This document shows positions 27,921 through 40,175 of a DNA stretch of 60,000 nucleotides, piece by piece; the stretch's first letter is position 1, and every line of letters begins with the position of its first letter. The position numbers and the translations under genes were made by a program. Source of the DNA: Callorhinchus milii. Lineage: Eukaryota. Under the pieces are notes generated by a model. It was not told the DNA's origin, did not search any database, and was given only the letters and a program-made list of their open reading frames with translations. Where the stretch lies: positions 106,580,001-106,640,000 of the forward strand of contig NW_024704742.1 in assembly GCF_018977255.1 (NCBI RefSeq), read 5' to 3'.

Positions 27921-29954
27921 TAACAGTTACTTGTTGCCAACCTGTGGTGCTTGAGTGTCACCCCACAGATTAAAATCAAACTAAGAAGGCAGCAGTGATG
28001 GCTGCTGGAATCTTTGTGCCGGCTTCTTGCCTGACTATTGTCCTGAAGTCAGGGGGAGCTTTTCATCAACTGGTTTGACCGCAATTTTAGTCAATATGAC
28101 AATCATCACCACACAGTGCGTTTCTCACCCCGATGCTACAATGACAAAGTGGTATCACGTGGAAGTGTTAATTGATTTTCCCAGATATAGAAATGTACAA
28201 AAATTCAGTGGGGTTTCCAGATACAAGTATGATAAATGATACACTTCATCACCAGCAGTTTGGCTTGATAACTAGCTCCTCATCAGCCTGCCGACCACCA
28301 TATTCAATATTCACTCTATAAATTTCCACATTTAAAGAGTAAATCTATCACCGCGCTTTACCAGTTCACATTGTTTAATATAGTTTGTAATAAAGCAAGT
28401 GCCTTTGCAACAGTGCTGAATACTTTTGACTGGCTTCATCACTTCTGAATTGTTTCCCTCACTTGTTCGAATAAAACCTATTACACAAGCTGCCATGCGG
28501 TATTGTTTATCTTTATTTGACTGCTGCTCTCATCCAAATAGCTTTTGAAAGTAATTCATGAGATACGATGAGCCAAATAGCCTTCTTCTGTAAGTTTCTA
28601 CAAACAGATTCTATATCTTATATATGTGTCAACAGTTAGCAGCACAAAGGAGAGTTGCTATTTGTTTGTTGTTCTTGTGCTGTTATTAAGCACCCTGACT
28701 GAGCATTTCATGTAGTTCTTGAGAAATAGAAGGATCGCACTGTTGGAGAGAAGCTATTACAAACTGCATCCGATAACAATCCCAAGCACTTTGTGACCTG
28801 TTGTCAAACTAATATTGATGTTGCATTTCCAGCATTTCTCTAGCAAATGCAGTCAACTACAAAGACATTATCCCCTACTATTTGTTTACCTTTACCTTAT
28901 AAATACATGAGGGAGAAGGGAAAAGAGGAATATGGCATTGGGTCTGGGAAGGGAGATTAGGACAAGCAAGACTCATGTGGAATATAAACACCAGCAGACT
29001 AGTTGGTCAAAAATAATTGTTTACCTCTGTAGTCAAATTGAACAGGATATAAATGATATCTAAATTATATCCTTTAATAATTCATAGGCTATGGTATACC
29101 TTCCTGCATTATTGTTACAATTTGAAAAGCTTTCAGAAACTTTTCTAACATGAAGACATGCACAGAATTCATATAAACGCACTAGGTCTCTTATGAACTA
29201 TGGATAATATAGTCTTTTCAAGTGGAGCATCTTACAACTGGATTTAACAACACAGAATCTATTAATTATCACATTGTTACATTCTGCAGCTATGCCCCAG
29301 TATCTATTCAAAAACACAAACATATTTGTGTAAAATACACAGGCCAACTAAGCCAAAGAGACTTTCTTAACAGATGCAATTAAATAATGTCAAAATAGAA
29401 ACAGAATGAACACAAAGACAATTACAATGAATTAGCAGATTTTAAAAAGCTGAGAATGATCCTTACATAAACATTCATAAAGCGTGATGAAGAATAAAGC
29501 TTTGGAGGAACTAAACAGTCTGATCTCACAGTGAATTCTATTCAATGTATTCGCCCACAAAATATACAGTCAATTCATTTTACAGTATATTCTGTGACGT
29601 GTTTGAGACTTCTCGAAAACATGATAAAGCACTCTATCAAATGCAAGGATATTATTATTATTACATCCATGGACCTACCATTTCGGGAGCAACTAACCTC
29701 TCAAACATAACTTGACAGTCAACGGCAGGAAGAATTCTGTTTTTCTATATTCTAAATGTCTCTCTTTAATCTCAGGACACTGCATCTTGTTTATCAACTG
29801 AGCACCTCATTCAGGAATATTATAACAATATATTAAATGTGAGATCCAACGCACCATTTAATTGGGTTTAAACCCTACCTTTGAAGATGAAACGTACATC
29901 CTAATTTTGCAAAGAAACATAAGTTGACTATTCAGTCCATTGACCTGGTCTGCT

Positions 29955-30394
29955 ATCCATCACACAGAGGATACACCTTAAGATTCTGGTCCTCACCTTC
30001 AAAGCTCTCCATTGTCTTGCTCCCCTCTACCTCTCCGACCTCCTAACCCCCTACCACTCTGTTTGCTCCCTCTGCTCAGTGGGCTCCGGCCTGCTTCACG
30101 TCCCCCGCCTTGCTCGCCCCACTATCGGCGGGCGGGCCTTCCACCACTCTGCCGCCACCCTCTGGAACTCCATCCTGCAGTCCCTTCGTCTCACTCCCTC
30201 CATCGCCACCTTCAAGACCCACCTCAAGACCCTCCTCTTTGACCGTGCTTCCGATTTCCCTGCTTCCCCTCTTGCCCTCTACCCTCCCCCATCCCGACCC
30301 TCAGCTCAGGTCCGTAACTCTGCCTGTCCAGTGCCTTGGGACGTCCTCCCAATGTGAAAGGCGCTACACAAATGTAATTTTGTTGTCGTTGTTG
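29955..30394 (+). mobile_element. L2 LINE 3' fragment, second subfamily
   Basis: GLLHVPRLARPTIGGRAFHHSAATLWNSI...FKTHLKTLLF; same 3' UTR as the 5528 copy. Confidence 0.87.
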
Positions 30395-30479
30395 CTAGTG
30401 TATTGGATCATGGCTGATTGTATTTATTCCTATTTCTCTACCTTTTCTTCATATACTTTAATATCCTTACTTCCCAAGT

Positions 30480-31377
30480 ATACTAATTTGCACAAAGCAA
30501 ATCAACAGGATAGGTTACAGGAGGACTTGAACATTCTTGGGAATTGGGCAGATCGATGGCAGATGAAATTCGATGTAGAGAAATGCAAAGTGCTTCACAT
30601 TGGGACAAATAATACAGGAAGGGACTGTTATTTAAATGGTAAGAAAATAATCTGTACGTAAAATGAAAAGGACCCAGGGATCCTGATTGACAATAAATTG
30701 AAGTTAGCGCAACAGTGCTTGGTAGCAGTGAGTAAGGCAACCCAGACACTGGATTGTGTTAAAGGAGCAATATTGAGCCAAATTAGTGGGGTAATCCTGC
30801 TACTTTATAAATCACTATGCGACCGCACATGGAATACTGTGTGCAGTTCTGGTCACTGCAATATAAAAAGGAAAAAGGATACAGATGAGGGCAATCAAAA
30901 TGATTGAGGGGATGGAGGGACAATTCTACGAAGAGTGATTAGATAAACTGGGCATATTCACGCTGGAGTAGAGAAGTTTGAAGGGCGATATGATTATGGT
31001 CTTTAAGATTCTGAAGGGAATAGATAATTTAGACCATGATAAATGTTTTATCTTCTAGTGAACAGTAGAACCAGAGGACACAGCCTGCAATCGAAGGGGG
31101 ATAAATTCAGAACAAATCTGCGGAAACACTACTTGAGTGAGCGAGCAGTAAACTTATGGAAAAGGCTCCCGAGGGAGACAGCAGAAGCAGAAAATGTTGT
31201 TTGTTTCAAGAACAAATTAGATATATTTCTAATCTAATCTAGAAAATAAATATCTCAGGATACCATATATAGTTTGCGACACAAAATGGCAAGGGACTGC
31301 CAGATTGGTGGAAAGTGAGCTAGATGGACCTTGGTCTTCTTTCGCCTAGCAAATTCTTATGTTCTTATGTTCTTATC
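30480..31377 (+). mobile_element. CR1 LINE 3' fragment
   Basis: LQEDLNILGNWADRWQMKFDVEKCKVLH, RTRGHSL; (TTCTTATG)n tail. Confidence 0.9.
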
Positions 31378-32118
31378 TATCCAGCCCACAGTAATTGTGG
31401 TGGTCCTGGAGAGGATAATCTCACTATAAAGCATTCGAATCGATTCTGTGGTCCTCTGAGATCACTGCATTCCAAATTGCACAACCCTATGTAAGGTCAA
31501 TATTTTCTGATTTCAATTCTACCCATCGTATAAGACTCACATCATGCTTTAGATCCCTCTACTAGAGTTAAGCGCTGCCTCGTATTTAACTTGTCTATTC
31601 TGCTCATTGTTTTAAACACTTCTATTATATCAGCCCTTGTCCTCTTCAGTTTTCAAGAATATAACCTTAGGTTTGCCAACATTTCATCACAGCTGATCCC
31701 CTTCATTCCAGATATTAATCTGATAAAGCATTGCTTGACAATCTCCAAGTCTGGAATATCCCTAGTATCTCAATTGCTCAAGATTGAGAAACATTGAGAT
31801 TGCTTATCAGGAGACTCCAGACTTACCAGCAACATAAACTCGAGTTTTTGATTAACCCTTTATGCTCACAGATACGTCAGGTTTGTGACAACTGTACTAG
31901 GATTGAAACTAAGTCATCTGGCTATTAACCGCAGGTTATCTTCCTCCATATATTCCACAGGAAAATAATTCTGCATGTAAATATGGTTGCAAAACAGGAA
32001 ACGTTACTTTAACTTTTTATATTAATGTTACTCCTAAAGATATTTTACATTTCACTATCTTTGCTATCCATATAGTTTTGTTTATGATAGAAGTAGATAG
32101 TATAAGATTCACTCTTAC

Positions 32119-32272
32119 CCATGATTTTGAATGCATAATCAGCTTTCACACTTACTGGAGCAGATTTACTAAAAGCAGAAAATATATCAAGGAAGTCTTC
32201 AAAGGAAATGCTGCCGTTCTTTGTTTTGGATGTAGAGAATATCTTACAGATCCTTTCCTTAAATGGATTTGC
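32119..32272 (-). CDS. CIB1-like coding exon 4
   Basis: ANPFKERICKIFSTSKTKNGSISFEDFLDIFSAFSKSAPVSVKADYAFKIM+g|gtaaga; close to CIB1 ANPFKERICRVFSTS...SFEDFLD. Confidence 0.95.
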
Positions 32273-33379
32273 CTGAAATTAAGAATATTTTCTAGCTGTG
32301 AAAATATTGCAACATATCTCAGAAATGCAAGAATCGAGGGCTTGTTATAAATCATACAAACAACTTGCATTTAGATACCCAGTGTAGCGTCTCAAAGTGC
32401 TCATAATCCATATCAATGTATCATGTTAAACCAATGTCCCATTTGCCTGTTCAGGTGGATGTTAAAGTTCCCAATACAGTATTCGAGAAGTGAAGGAAGT
32501 TTCTTCCAGTGTCCTGGTATACCATATCCCCCAAATAAAATTGGTTATTCACTTCATGGCTGTTTGTGGGACATTGCTGTGTGCAAAATTGGCTACTACG
32601 TTCGCCTACGAATCCACAGCCATTCCACTTTCCAGTGAAGCCCTTTGAGATGTCCTCCTAATATGAAAGTCACTATACCACATGTAAGTAAGGATTACTA
32701 TTATCAAAACATAATGACACCTCTGGAATAGACTGAAATGTTGCAATACCCATGGCTACCACTAAAGGGACAGCTCACAGTGTGGCAAACGTTATTTTAC
32801 AGTCTACTGTATAGACTGATTAAATTTAAATAGTTGAGACCTTGAAGGTTTTGACACCACTGGGTACATGTGTATTACTGCCTTCATGGTTTGAGTCTAA
32901 TCCTCCAAATCCTCTTGTAACTACTCATTCAGTTCGTATTGCTTCTGCTTAATAACAACTATAAAACTCAGCAGTGCCTGAAAATCCTGAGATATGTGTC
33001 TCTTTCTTTAATCCAGAACTGCCTGTACCACCCACGACTCAGATATCAGTAAAACTGGAGAACAGCAATTATCTAACAGTGCACTGTGCAATGTAGAAAG
33101 CAGATTAAATGTTTTAAAACCGACCATTTGTAAACAGAGTTGCATAGCCTTGTGCCCATTCACCTCATTTATAATATATAGAAAATGTGTAGCATTGTTT
33201 TTTGTTTGCACCAGCAATGTCCTGCAATCAGATATAAAATGATTGATCATGTCGAGTTTGAGCCTTCTGATCCAAAGATGTGAGTGCTACCAACCACACC
33301 AAAATAACACTAATGTCAGCTATACCAATCTTTCCTTTGTATAGACTCAGTTCTGGGCAGGGGCAAAGCAACCAGGCAC

Positions 33380-33815
33380 TGTAGAATCATTGAATAATAG
33401 AAATGTAAAGCACCAAAGGAGGCTATTCAGCTCATTGGGTCCGCATGAGCTCCCAGAACAAGGTTTTCATTCAATCCAACTGCCTGCCCTATCTCCATAC
33501 CCCTTCAACCCTCGAACTTTCATTTATGGGTCTACTTCCCTCTTGAATCTCCTGATTTACCCTGCCTTCATACTTTACTTGACAGAAGATTCCACATCCC
33601 AACACTCCCTGTGTGAAGAAAAGATCTCCTTTTCACTTTTTTGTGACTATATTATAACTATATCCCCTAGTCACTGCCTCTGCTACCAATGGAAATAGCT
33701 TCTCCCTATTTACCCTGTCAAAACCCCTATAATTATGTACACCTCTATCAGGTCCCCTCTTAACTTTCTCTCCTCCTATGAAAATAAACAGAACTTCTTC
33801 AATCTCTCCTCATAA
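33380..33815 (-). mobile_element. degenerate CR1 3' fragment
   Basis: Similar to the CR1 copy at 15089-15520. Confidence 0.7.
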
Positions 33816-35484
33816 CTATAACAACAACAACAAGATTCCATTTATAAAGCGCCTTTCACGTCAGGAGGATGTCCCAAGGCGCTGCACAGTTGGGTCAGGA
33901 CCCGAGCAGGGGAAATGGTCAGGGGGAGGGAAGGGGGGGAGCGAGGAGGGGGGAAATGGTCAGGGTGAGGGGAGGGAAGGGAGGGAGCGAGGAGGGGGAA
34001 GAGAGTCGAGAGGGGAGCTGAAGGCTCGGTCAAAGAGAACGGTTTTGAGACCGGCCTTGAAGGAGGAGTAAACTATAGTTACCATCCTTGGTATCATTCT
34101 TGAAACCCATCTGTCAGCACCTGGGGACGTTCTCCTGACGTGTTAGGCAATGTTAAGCAGCCATAAAACAATAAAACAATTGTTCAACTTTATTGGGGAG
34201 ATTGATGGCCAGGGCACCAAGAGAAACTCCTTTTTGAGTAGTGCCATGGGATCTTAAAATGTATACCGGAACAGGCAGATGGGACCCTGGTTAAACATCT
34301 CATCCAACGGACAGCACCTCCAACAATCCAACAGCCGCCCAGCACTGCATTGGAGTGTCAGCCTAGACAATGTGAGTTAGAGTCCCAACTTGGGACTTAC
34401 CTCTGACTTAGAAGCAAGAGTGCTACTCACTGTGTCAGGCTGACACCTATATGTGATCAGCTGAAATGGCACTTGTAACACCATCTATTATTAATTACAA
34501 TAATAAAGTTGTTCCATTTTTGTAAGTTCCTCTTTCCATGCCGCACACTATTTCATAGCCAGGAAATGGGTAGATTCCCATTAACGTGACTATTGATCAG
34601 GTTATTAGGAGGAATTAATTAGTAGCCTCAATTTTATTTTTTCTCTCTGCCTCCCTTAAACTGCATTGAAAACACAAATGTCATAGTTAGGTCACTAGTT
34701 AAAAGGCATCACTTTTTCATTACCTCCCCTGGTAGTGGAGACAAATTCACACTCCTGTGGAAATTCAGCTACAAATCTGAGTCCTCCCACTCTGCGGCTT
34801 AGCTCCATTGTGTTGTGCCTCTGTTCCATTTTAATTTGTATTACCATATTTTTCAGCAGCGTCAACAACAATGTTTATTGTTTTCAGCAGATAATTTCTG
34901 TATCAGAAGCTAGAATTTGCAGTCATTGCTATCTTCTACCAAACCAACATCCAACAAAGACTATATTGATCAAGTTTGCATTCTGAAACAAGCAAAGAGT
35001 TAATGTTCTGATGTGATAAGATTCAGAGAGGTCGAACGTTTTTTTCTCATTCCAAATTGTAGATTCTAATGAACAGCTTACAACGTCATTGTACAATGTA
35101 ATAGGGCTGCAAAGGGCAATTTCAGGAAGTATTTCTTTACCTAGAGCAGTGCCAGGCAAACTACAGCCCACTGGGCCATCAAGAAGCGGACCCCCAAACA
35201 TTCACAATAATCTAGGTAAATCCTTGTTCAATCTTTGGTGTGTTTCAGTTTTTTTTGGATTTAATTTTTTTTCATTTATGGCCACACTGACCTAGGGGGT
35301 AATTAATAATGGAACAAGTTGCCAGGAAAGGTGGTTGAGGGCAGGACACTGCACTCATTTAAAAAAAAGCTAGATGTTGGGAGAAGAAGACAGGGTAGAT
35401 AGGCTATTCTGGAAAGGCTGAGATCAAATGGGCCAAAGGAACTTCTTCATTCAATCCTCTCATGATCTTCAAGGCACCTCAAAG

Positions 35485-36095
35485 CAACAACAACAACAAG
35501 ATTACATTTGTATAGCGCCTTTCACGTCAGGAGGACGTCCCAAGGTGCTGGACAGTGGACAGCATTTCAGACCCAAGCTGGGGTCAGGGGGGGAGAAAGG
35601 AGGGGAGGGGAAGGGGAGTGGCTGATGGCATGGTCGAACAGGAGAGTCTTGAGGCGGGACTTGAAGGAGGCTAAGGAGAGGGTGAGGTGGAGTGACTGGG
35701 GGATGGAATTCCAGAGGTTGGGGGCAGAGTGGCTGAAGGCTCTCCCGCCAATGGTGGGGCGGGTGGGACGTGGGACATGGAGCAGGCCGGAGCTGGCTGA
35801 GCGGAGGGTTGGTAGGGGATTAGGAGGTCGCAGAGGTAGGGTGGGGCGAGGCCATGGAGGGCTTTGTATGTGAGGAGCAGGATCTTGAACTGGATCCTCT
35901 GAAGGATAGGGAGCCAATGGAGTCGGGTGAGAGTGGGGGAGATGGGGTCACGGAGTTTGGTGCGGGAGAGGACACGAGCTGCAGAATTCTGGATTATCTG
36001 CAGTCTGTGGAGGGAGGAGTTGGGAAGGCCAACAAGCAGGGCATTTGCATAATTGATCCTGGAAGTGATGAAGGCATGAACAAGAATTTCAGCTG
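35485..36095 (-). mobile_element. L2 LINE 3' fragment, same subfamily as 18646-20148
   Basis: LVHAFITSRINYANALL...LHWLPILQRIQFKIL; shared 3' UTR accccagcttgggtctgaaatgctg. Confidence 0.92.
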
Positions 36096-36289
36096 TCTGA
36101 AAAACACACCTTTTTGACAGTGTTTTCATTCATCTTTCCCATCCCCACTTTCCTCAGCTCCCCCATCCAGCTCAGTCAAGCTCTTTGAAGCATCCTCCCG
36201 CTGTGAAAGGTGCTATGTAAATGTAAATTATATTGTGATGTCATTCCATACAGGTATAAACCTATAAAAGAAAGCCACTTCTCTCAGCT

Positions 36290-36715
36290 TATAATAATAA
36301 TCCTTGCATTTGATATAGTGCCTTATCACATAATTGAGACGCCTCAAAACACTTAACAGGATATGCTGTAATTTGACTGGGTGAAACGCGACAGCCATTT
36401 GTGCACAGCAATGTCCCACAGACAGCCACGGAGTGAGTGATCAATTTTATTTGGGGGATTGTTGGCCAGGATACCAGGAGAAATTTACTTCTCTTTTTGA
36501 ATAGTGCCATAGATTTTTAACGTCCACCAGAACAGACAGATGGGACTTTGGTTGAATGTTTCATTTGAAGGATGGCTCCTCTAATAATGAAACATACCCC
36601 CAACACTGTATTGGAGTGTCAGCTTCAACTATGTGATTCCAAGTCCCGATGTGGGGCTTGAACCCACAACCTTCTGACTGAGAGGTGAGAGTGCTACCAC
36701 TGAGCCAGGTTGACA
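36290..36715 (-). mobile_element. Deu-domain-type SINE, near full length
   Basis: tRNA head, gctgacactccaatacag...ggtggacgttaaaaatctatggcactattc central domain, common tail; related copies at about 1-80, 4390-4692, 22550-22830, 32420-32700, 34170-34446, 53905-54160. Confidence 0.8.
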
Positions 36716-37613
36716 TGCAATCTACCCAATAACTTGTTAACTTTGAAAGTACTCTCCCTAGTTCTTTACATTGCTTCAAACTGAAAAAATATTATTAATT
36801 TCCACCTTATTATCTACTTGCTGCACTGTGTTAAAAAAAACGTTAATTGTGTCTTCTCTCACTTGTCATTTTTCTATAGAGAGAATGGCATTAGATCCTT
36901 GACCGACATTTTTCCTGATGTAGGAATGTAAATCCACATCAGTATTGACAATATCTGAGTGAAACTGAGGTTGTTAGTTGAATTATATGTAGCTTAGTGT
37001 AGTGGATTCTCAATTACAAAGAAAATGAGTTAAGACAATCAGCCTCATTTAGCACACTCAGGAAACAGTCGTCAACTGAGAGAGAAGAATGGGATAGATT
37101 GACTCACCCAATCTCAAAATCATTATCCCATGGATTGAATCTCCCCAGATACTTGTAGATAATATTAACATCCACCACACATAATTAGAAATTCCATTTT
37201 TCATCCCTTGTCCAAGTGAAACTTGAATTGGATACTCTCAAAGTTTTCATAGCAATTCCATGGATGATAATGTATGGTGGATGTTGATATGTGTGCTTTT
37301 AGACCCTGTCTAATTGTCCGGGTAGATGTTAAAGATCCAATGGCAAAACACAAAAAGAGAAGGAAGCTTTGCCTGATGTTCTGGCCAACAATCCACCAGA
37401 TAAAAGCTACTGTGTTCGCCTACAAAATACAGTCACTATATTTTACAGTAAATCCCGTGAAGCACTTTTTAGACATCCTTCCAATGTGAAAGGAGCTATG
37501 TCAAATGCAAGGGTTATTATTTTCAGCACTGAATTAGTTAATTGAAAAGTCAAGAGATTGAATATATACTTGAAACATGCAGAAAAGTTTTAATGCGATC
37601 ATTTGCTTCTTAC

Positions 37614-37719
37614 CTTTAACTCACTGATTTGAATCATTTGTTCCATGGGAGCTCGCACATTACTTCGAGTGAAATTTTCAACGTTTTCTGGAACCAGTTC
37701 TTGAAATCTTTTACATGCT
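37614..37719 (-). CDS. CIB1-like coding exon 3
   Basis: cctttag|a ACKRFQELVPENVENFTRSNVRAPMEQMIQISELK|gtaaga; phase 2 to 0. Confidence 0.92.
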
Positions 37720-38051
37720 CTAAAGGATTAAATATTAACAAGGAAAATAACCATCTTTCTGCTACAGTCCTAAACCTTTAAATATTCAAAGTGTTACAAA
37801 TGTTTTTCCTCTTCATCCAGAAGCCATGGTTTGCTGTGAAATTGCAATGAGAATGGAGTATGAAGGTTCCAAAATCCATAATGTAGTGCACCACACCCAG
37901 GATAAAATAATAGGAGTGAAAAGCTAGATAAATCAAAAAGTAATTAAACAATAATAATAATCCTTGTATTTGATGCCAAGACTGTAGGCTGTATTGTGTT
38001 GTGAAACTGGCTAAGCTTTCAGTTATCTTAGCATATCTGTTATACTGTATA

Positions 38052-40175
38052 CGTTACAGTAAAATTGTGACACCAGGGATTTCATGAAATCCCTGAAATT
38101 ATTTTAACCAGATAGACAAATCTCCAGGACCTGATGGATTCCACTCCAGGGTATCAAAAGAAGTAAGGGAGGAAATTGCAGATGCTTAGTCATAATTTTC
38201 CAAAGATCTCTATATTCGACAATTCTGCCCTTGGGTTGGAAAATTGCAAATGTCACTCCATTATTTAAGAATGGAGGAAGAGAGTTAACCAGGTCAGTTG
38301 TGGGGAAGTTACTGGAATCTCTCATCAAGGACAGAGTGATTGAGTACATGGACAATCAAATCAATGTAAATCAAACAGAGTCAGCGTGGATTTGCGAAGG
38401 ATAGATCATGTCTGATGAATCCAATTTAATTTTTTAAGTGGATGAGCCCGGATATGGATATCGTCTACTTGGACTTTCAGAAGGCATTTGATAAGGTTCC
38501 GCACAAGAGGTTATTAGCAAAAATAAAAGCGCATGGAATTGGAGGTAATCCTGCAACATGGCTTGGTAATTGGTTGGGAGGCAGGAAACAGAGAGTAGGG
38601 ATGAAAGGAACATTCTCTGATTGGCGGGATGTGATAAGTGGTGTTCACCAAGGGGCTGTACTGGGGCCTCAGCCGTTCACCATATTTATAAATGACTTGG
38701 ATGAAGGAATAGAGTTTTATATCAAAATTTGCAATTACGCAAAGTTAGGAGGCACAGTAAATTGTGTAGACAGGAGCACAAAATTACAAAAGGACTTAGA
38801 TAGATTAAAAGTGAGTGAGTGGCAAAACTGTGGCAGATGGAATTCAATGTGGGGAAGTGTGAGGTCATCCACTATGGTTCCAAAAATAGCAAAGCAGAAT
38901 ATTTTCCAAATGGTGAGAAACTAATAATTGTGGAAGAGCATAGGGATTTAAGTGTCCACTAAAAACAAGCTCACAGGTACAAAAGGTTATGAAAAAGGCA
39001 AATGAGATGTTGGCCTTTATTTCAAGAGGGATGGAATAAAAAGGAGAGGAAATGATGCTTTCAACTGTATAGAGCCTTGGACAAACCATATCTGGAGTAC
39101 TGTGTTCAGTTTTGGGGACAGGACCTCAGGAAGGATATATTGGCTCTGGAGGGGGTGCAGCGCAGATTCACCAGAATGATAGCAGGCCTTAAAGGGTTAA
39201 ATCATGAGTACTGGTTGCATAAACTTGTTCTCTATTCCCTTGAGTTTAGAAGGTTGGGGGGTGATCTGATTGAGGTTTTTAAAATAATTAAGGGATTTGA
39301 TAGGGTGGAAGCAGAGAAACTTTTTCCTCTGGTGAGGGAATCCAGAACAAAGGGACATAGACTTAAAATTAGAGCTAAGCCGTTTAGGAGTAAAATCAGG
39401 AGGCAGTTTTTCACCCAAAGAGTACTGGAAATCTGAAACTCTCCCCCAAAAGGCTGTGGATGCTGGATCCATTCACATTTTTAAGACTGAGGTGGATAGA
39501 TATTTTTTAGGTCAGGGTATCAAGGGATACAGGGCAATAGCAGGTAATTGCAATTGAGGTATAGATCAGCCATGATTTTATAGAATGGTGGAACAGGTTT
39601 GAGGGGCTAAATGGTCTACTCTTGTTTCTATGTTTCTATACTGATAGCCTTGCCTTGACACTTGTTAACATTATTAACAAATAAATAGCACATTATGAAA
39701 CTTCATTTTTTATTCACCATAAACTTCAAATGACATTTCATTCACTGATGAGTCCAATGTTCATTTGAGCGAGACTTCCATGACACCAGGAATTACATTT
39801 TTAGCTTTGCTTTGAATCATTTACACGGTTGGTCTGACATTTTTTTCTGACCGCAGTTAAACTTTGTAAAGCCTTGTCCACCACAAACAGACAGCGTTGT
39901 AGAGTGACAGTGACTTCTCCTAGTTGACGCAGGTCAAATTGGTTCCTGGAATGGTGACACCTCTGGATGCTGGCCTTCCCTGCTATCTTGTACTGGTCAG
40001 TGTCTAAATCTCTCTTAATGATAACACCAAAGCTGTTCCTGGGATCCCCTCTACTGCTGGGATCACGTTTTCACTTAATCCCTGACTCTTAGTTTCAGTG
40101 ATTTCATGGTTTCACAATTTTCTTACAATTTTAAGGATTTTGTGAAATCACTGGTTTCACAACTTTACTGTAACA
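38052..40175 (-). mobile_element. Ginger2/TDD-type DNA transposon deletion derivative, interrupted by a CR1
   Basis: 49-bp TIRs (38052-38100 and 40127-40175, 41/49 identical) with (T/C)GTTACAG...TAACA ends; TATA on both flanks; frameshifted RGDPRN.FGVI...SRNQFDL...GGQGFTK...KCQTNR...CNSWCH on - at about 39765-40060. Confidence 0.8.
38104..39640 (+). mobile_element. CR1 LINE, degenerate RT-to-3' fragment
   Basis: DIVYLDFQKAFDKVPH, SGVHQGAVLGP, PYLEYCVQFW, RLGGDLIEVFK; TTTCTATG-type tail. Confidence 0.92.
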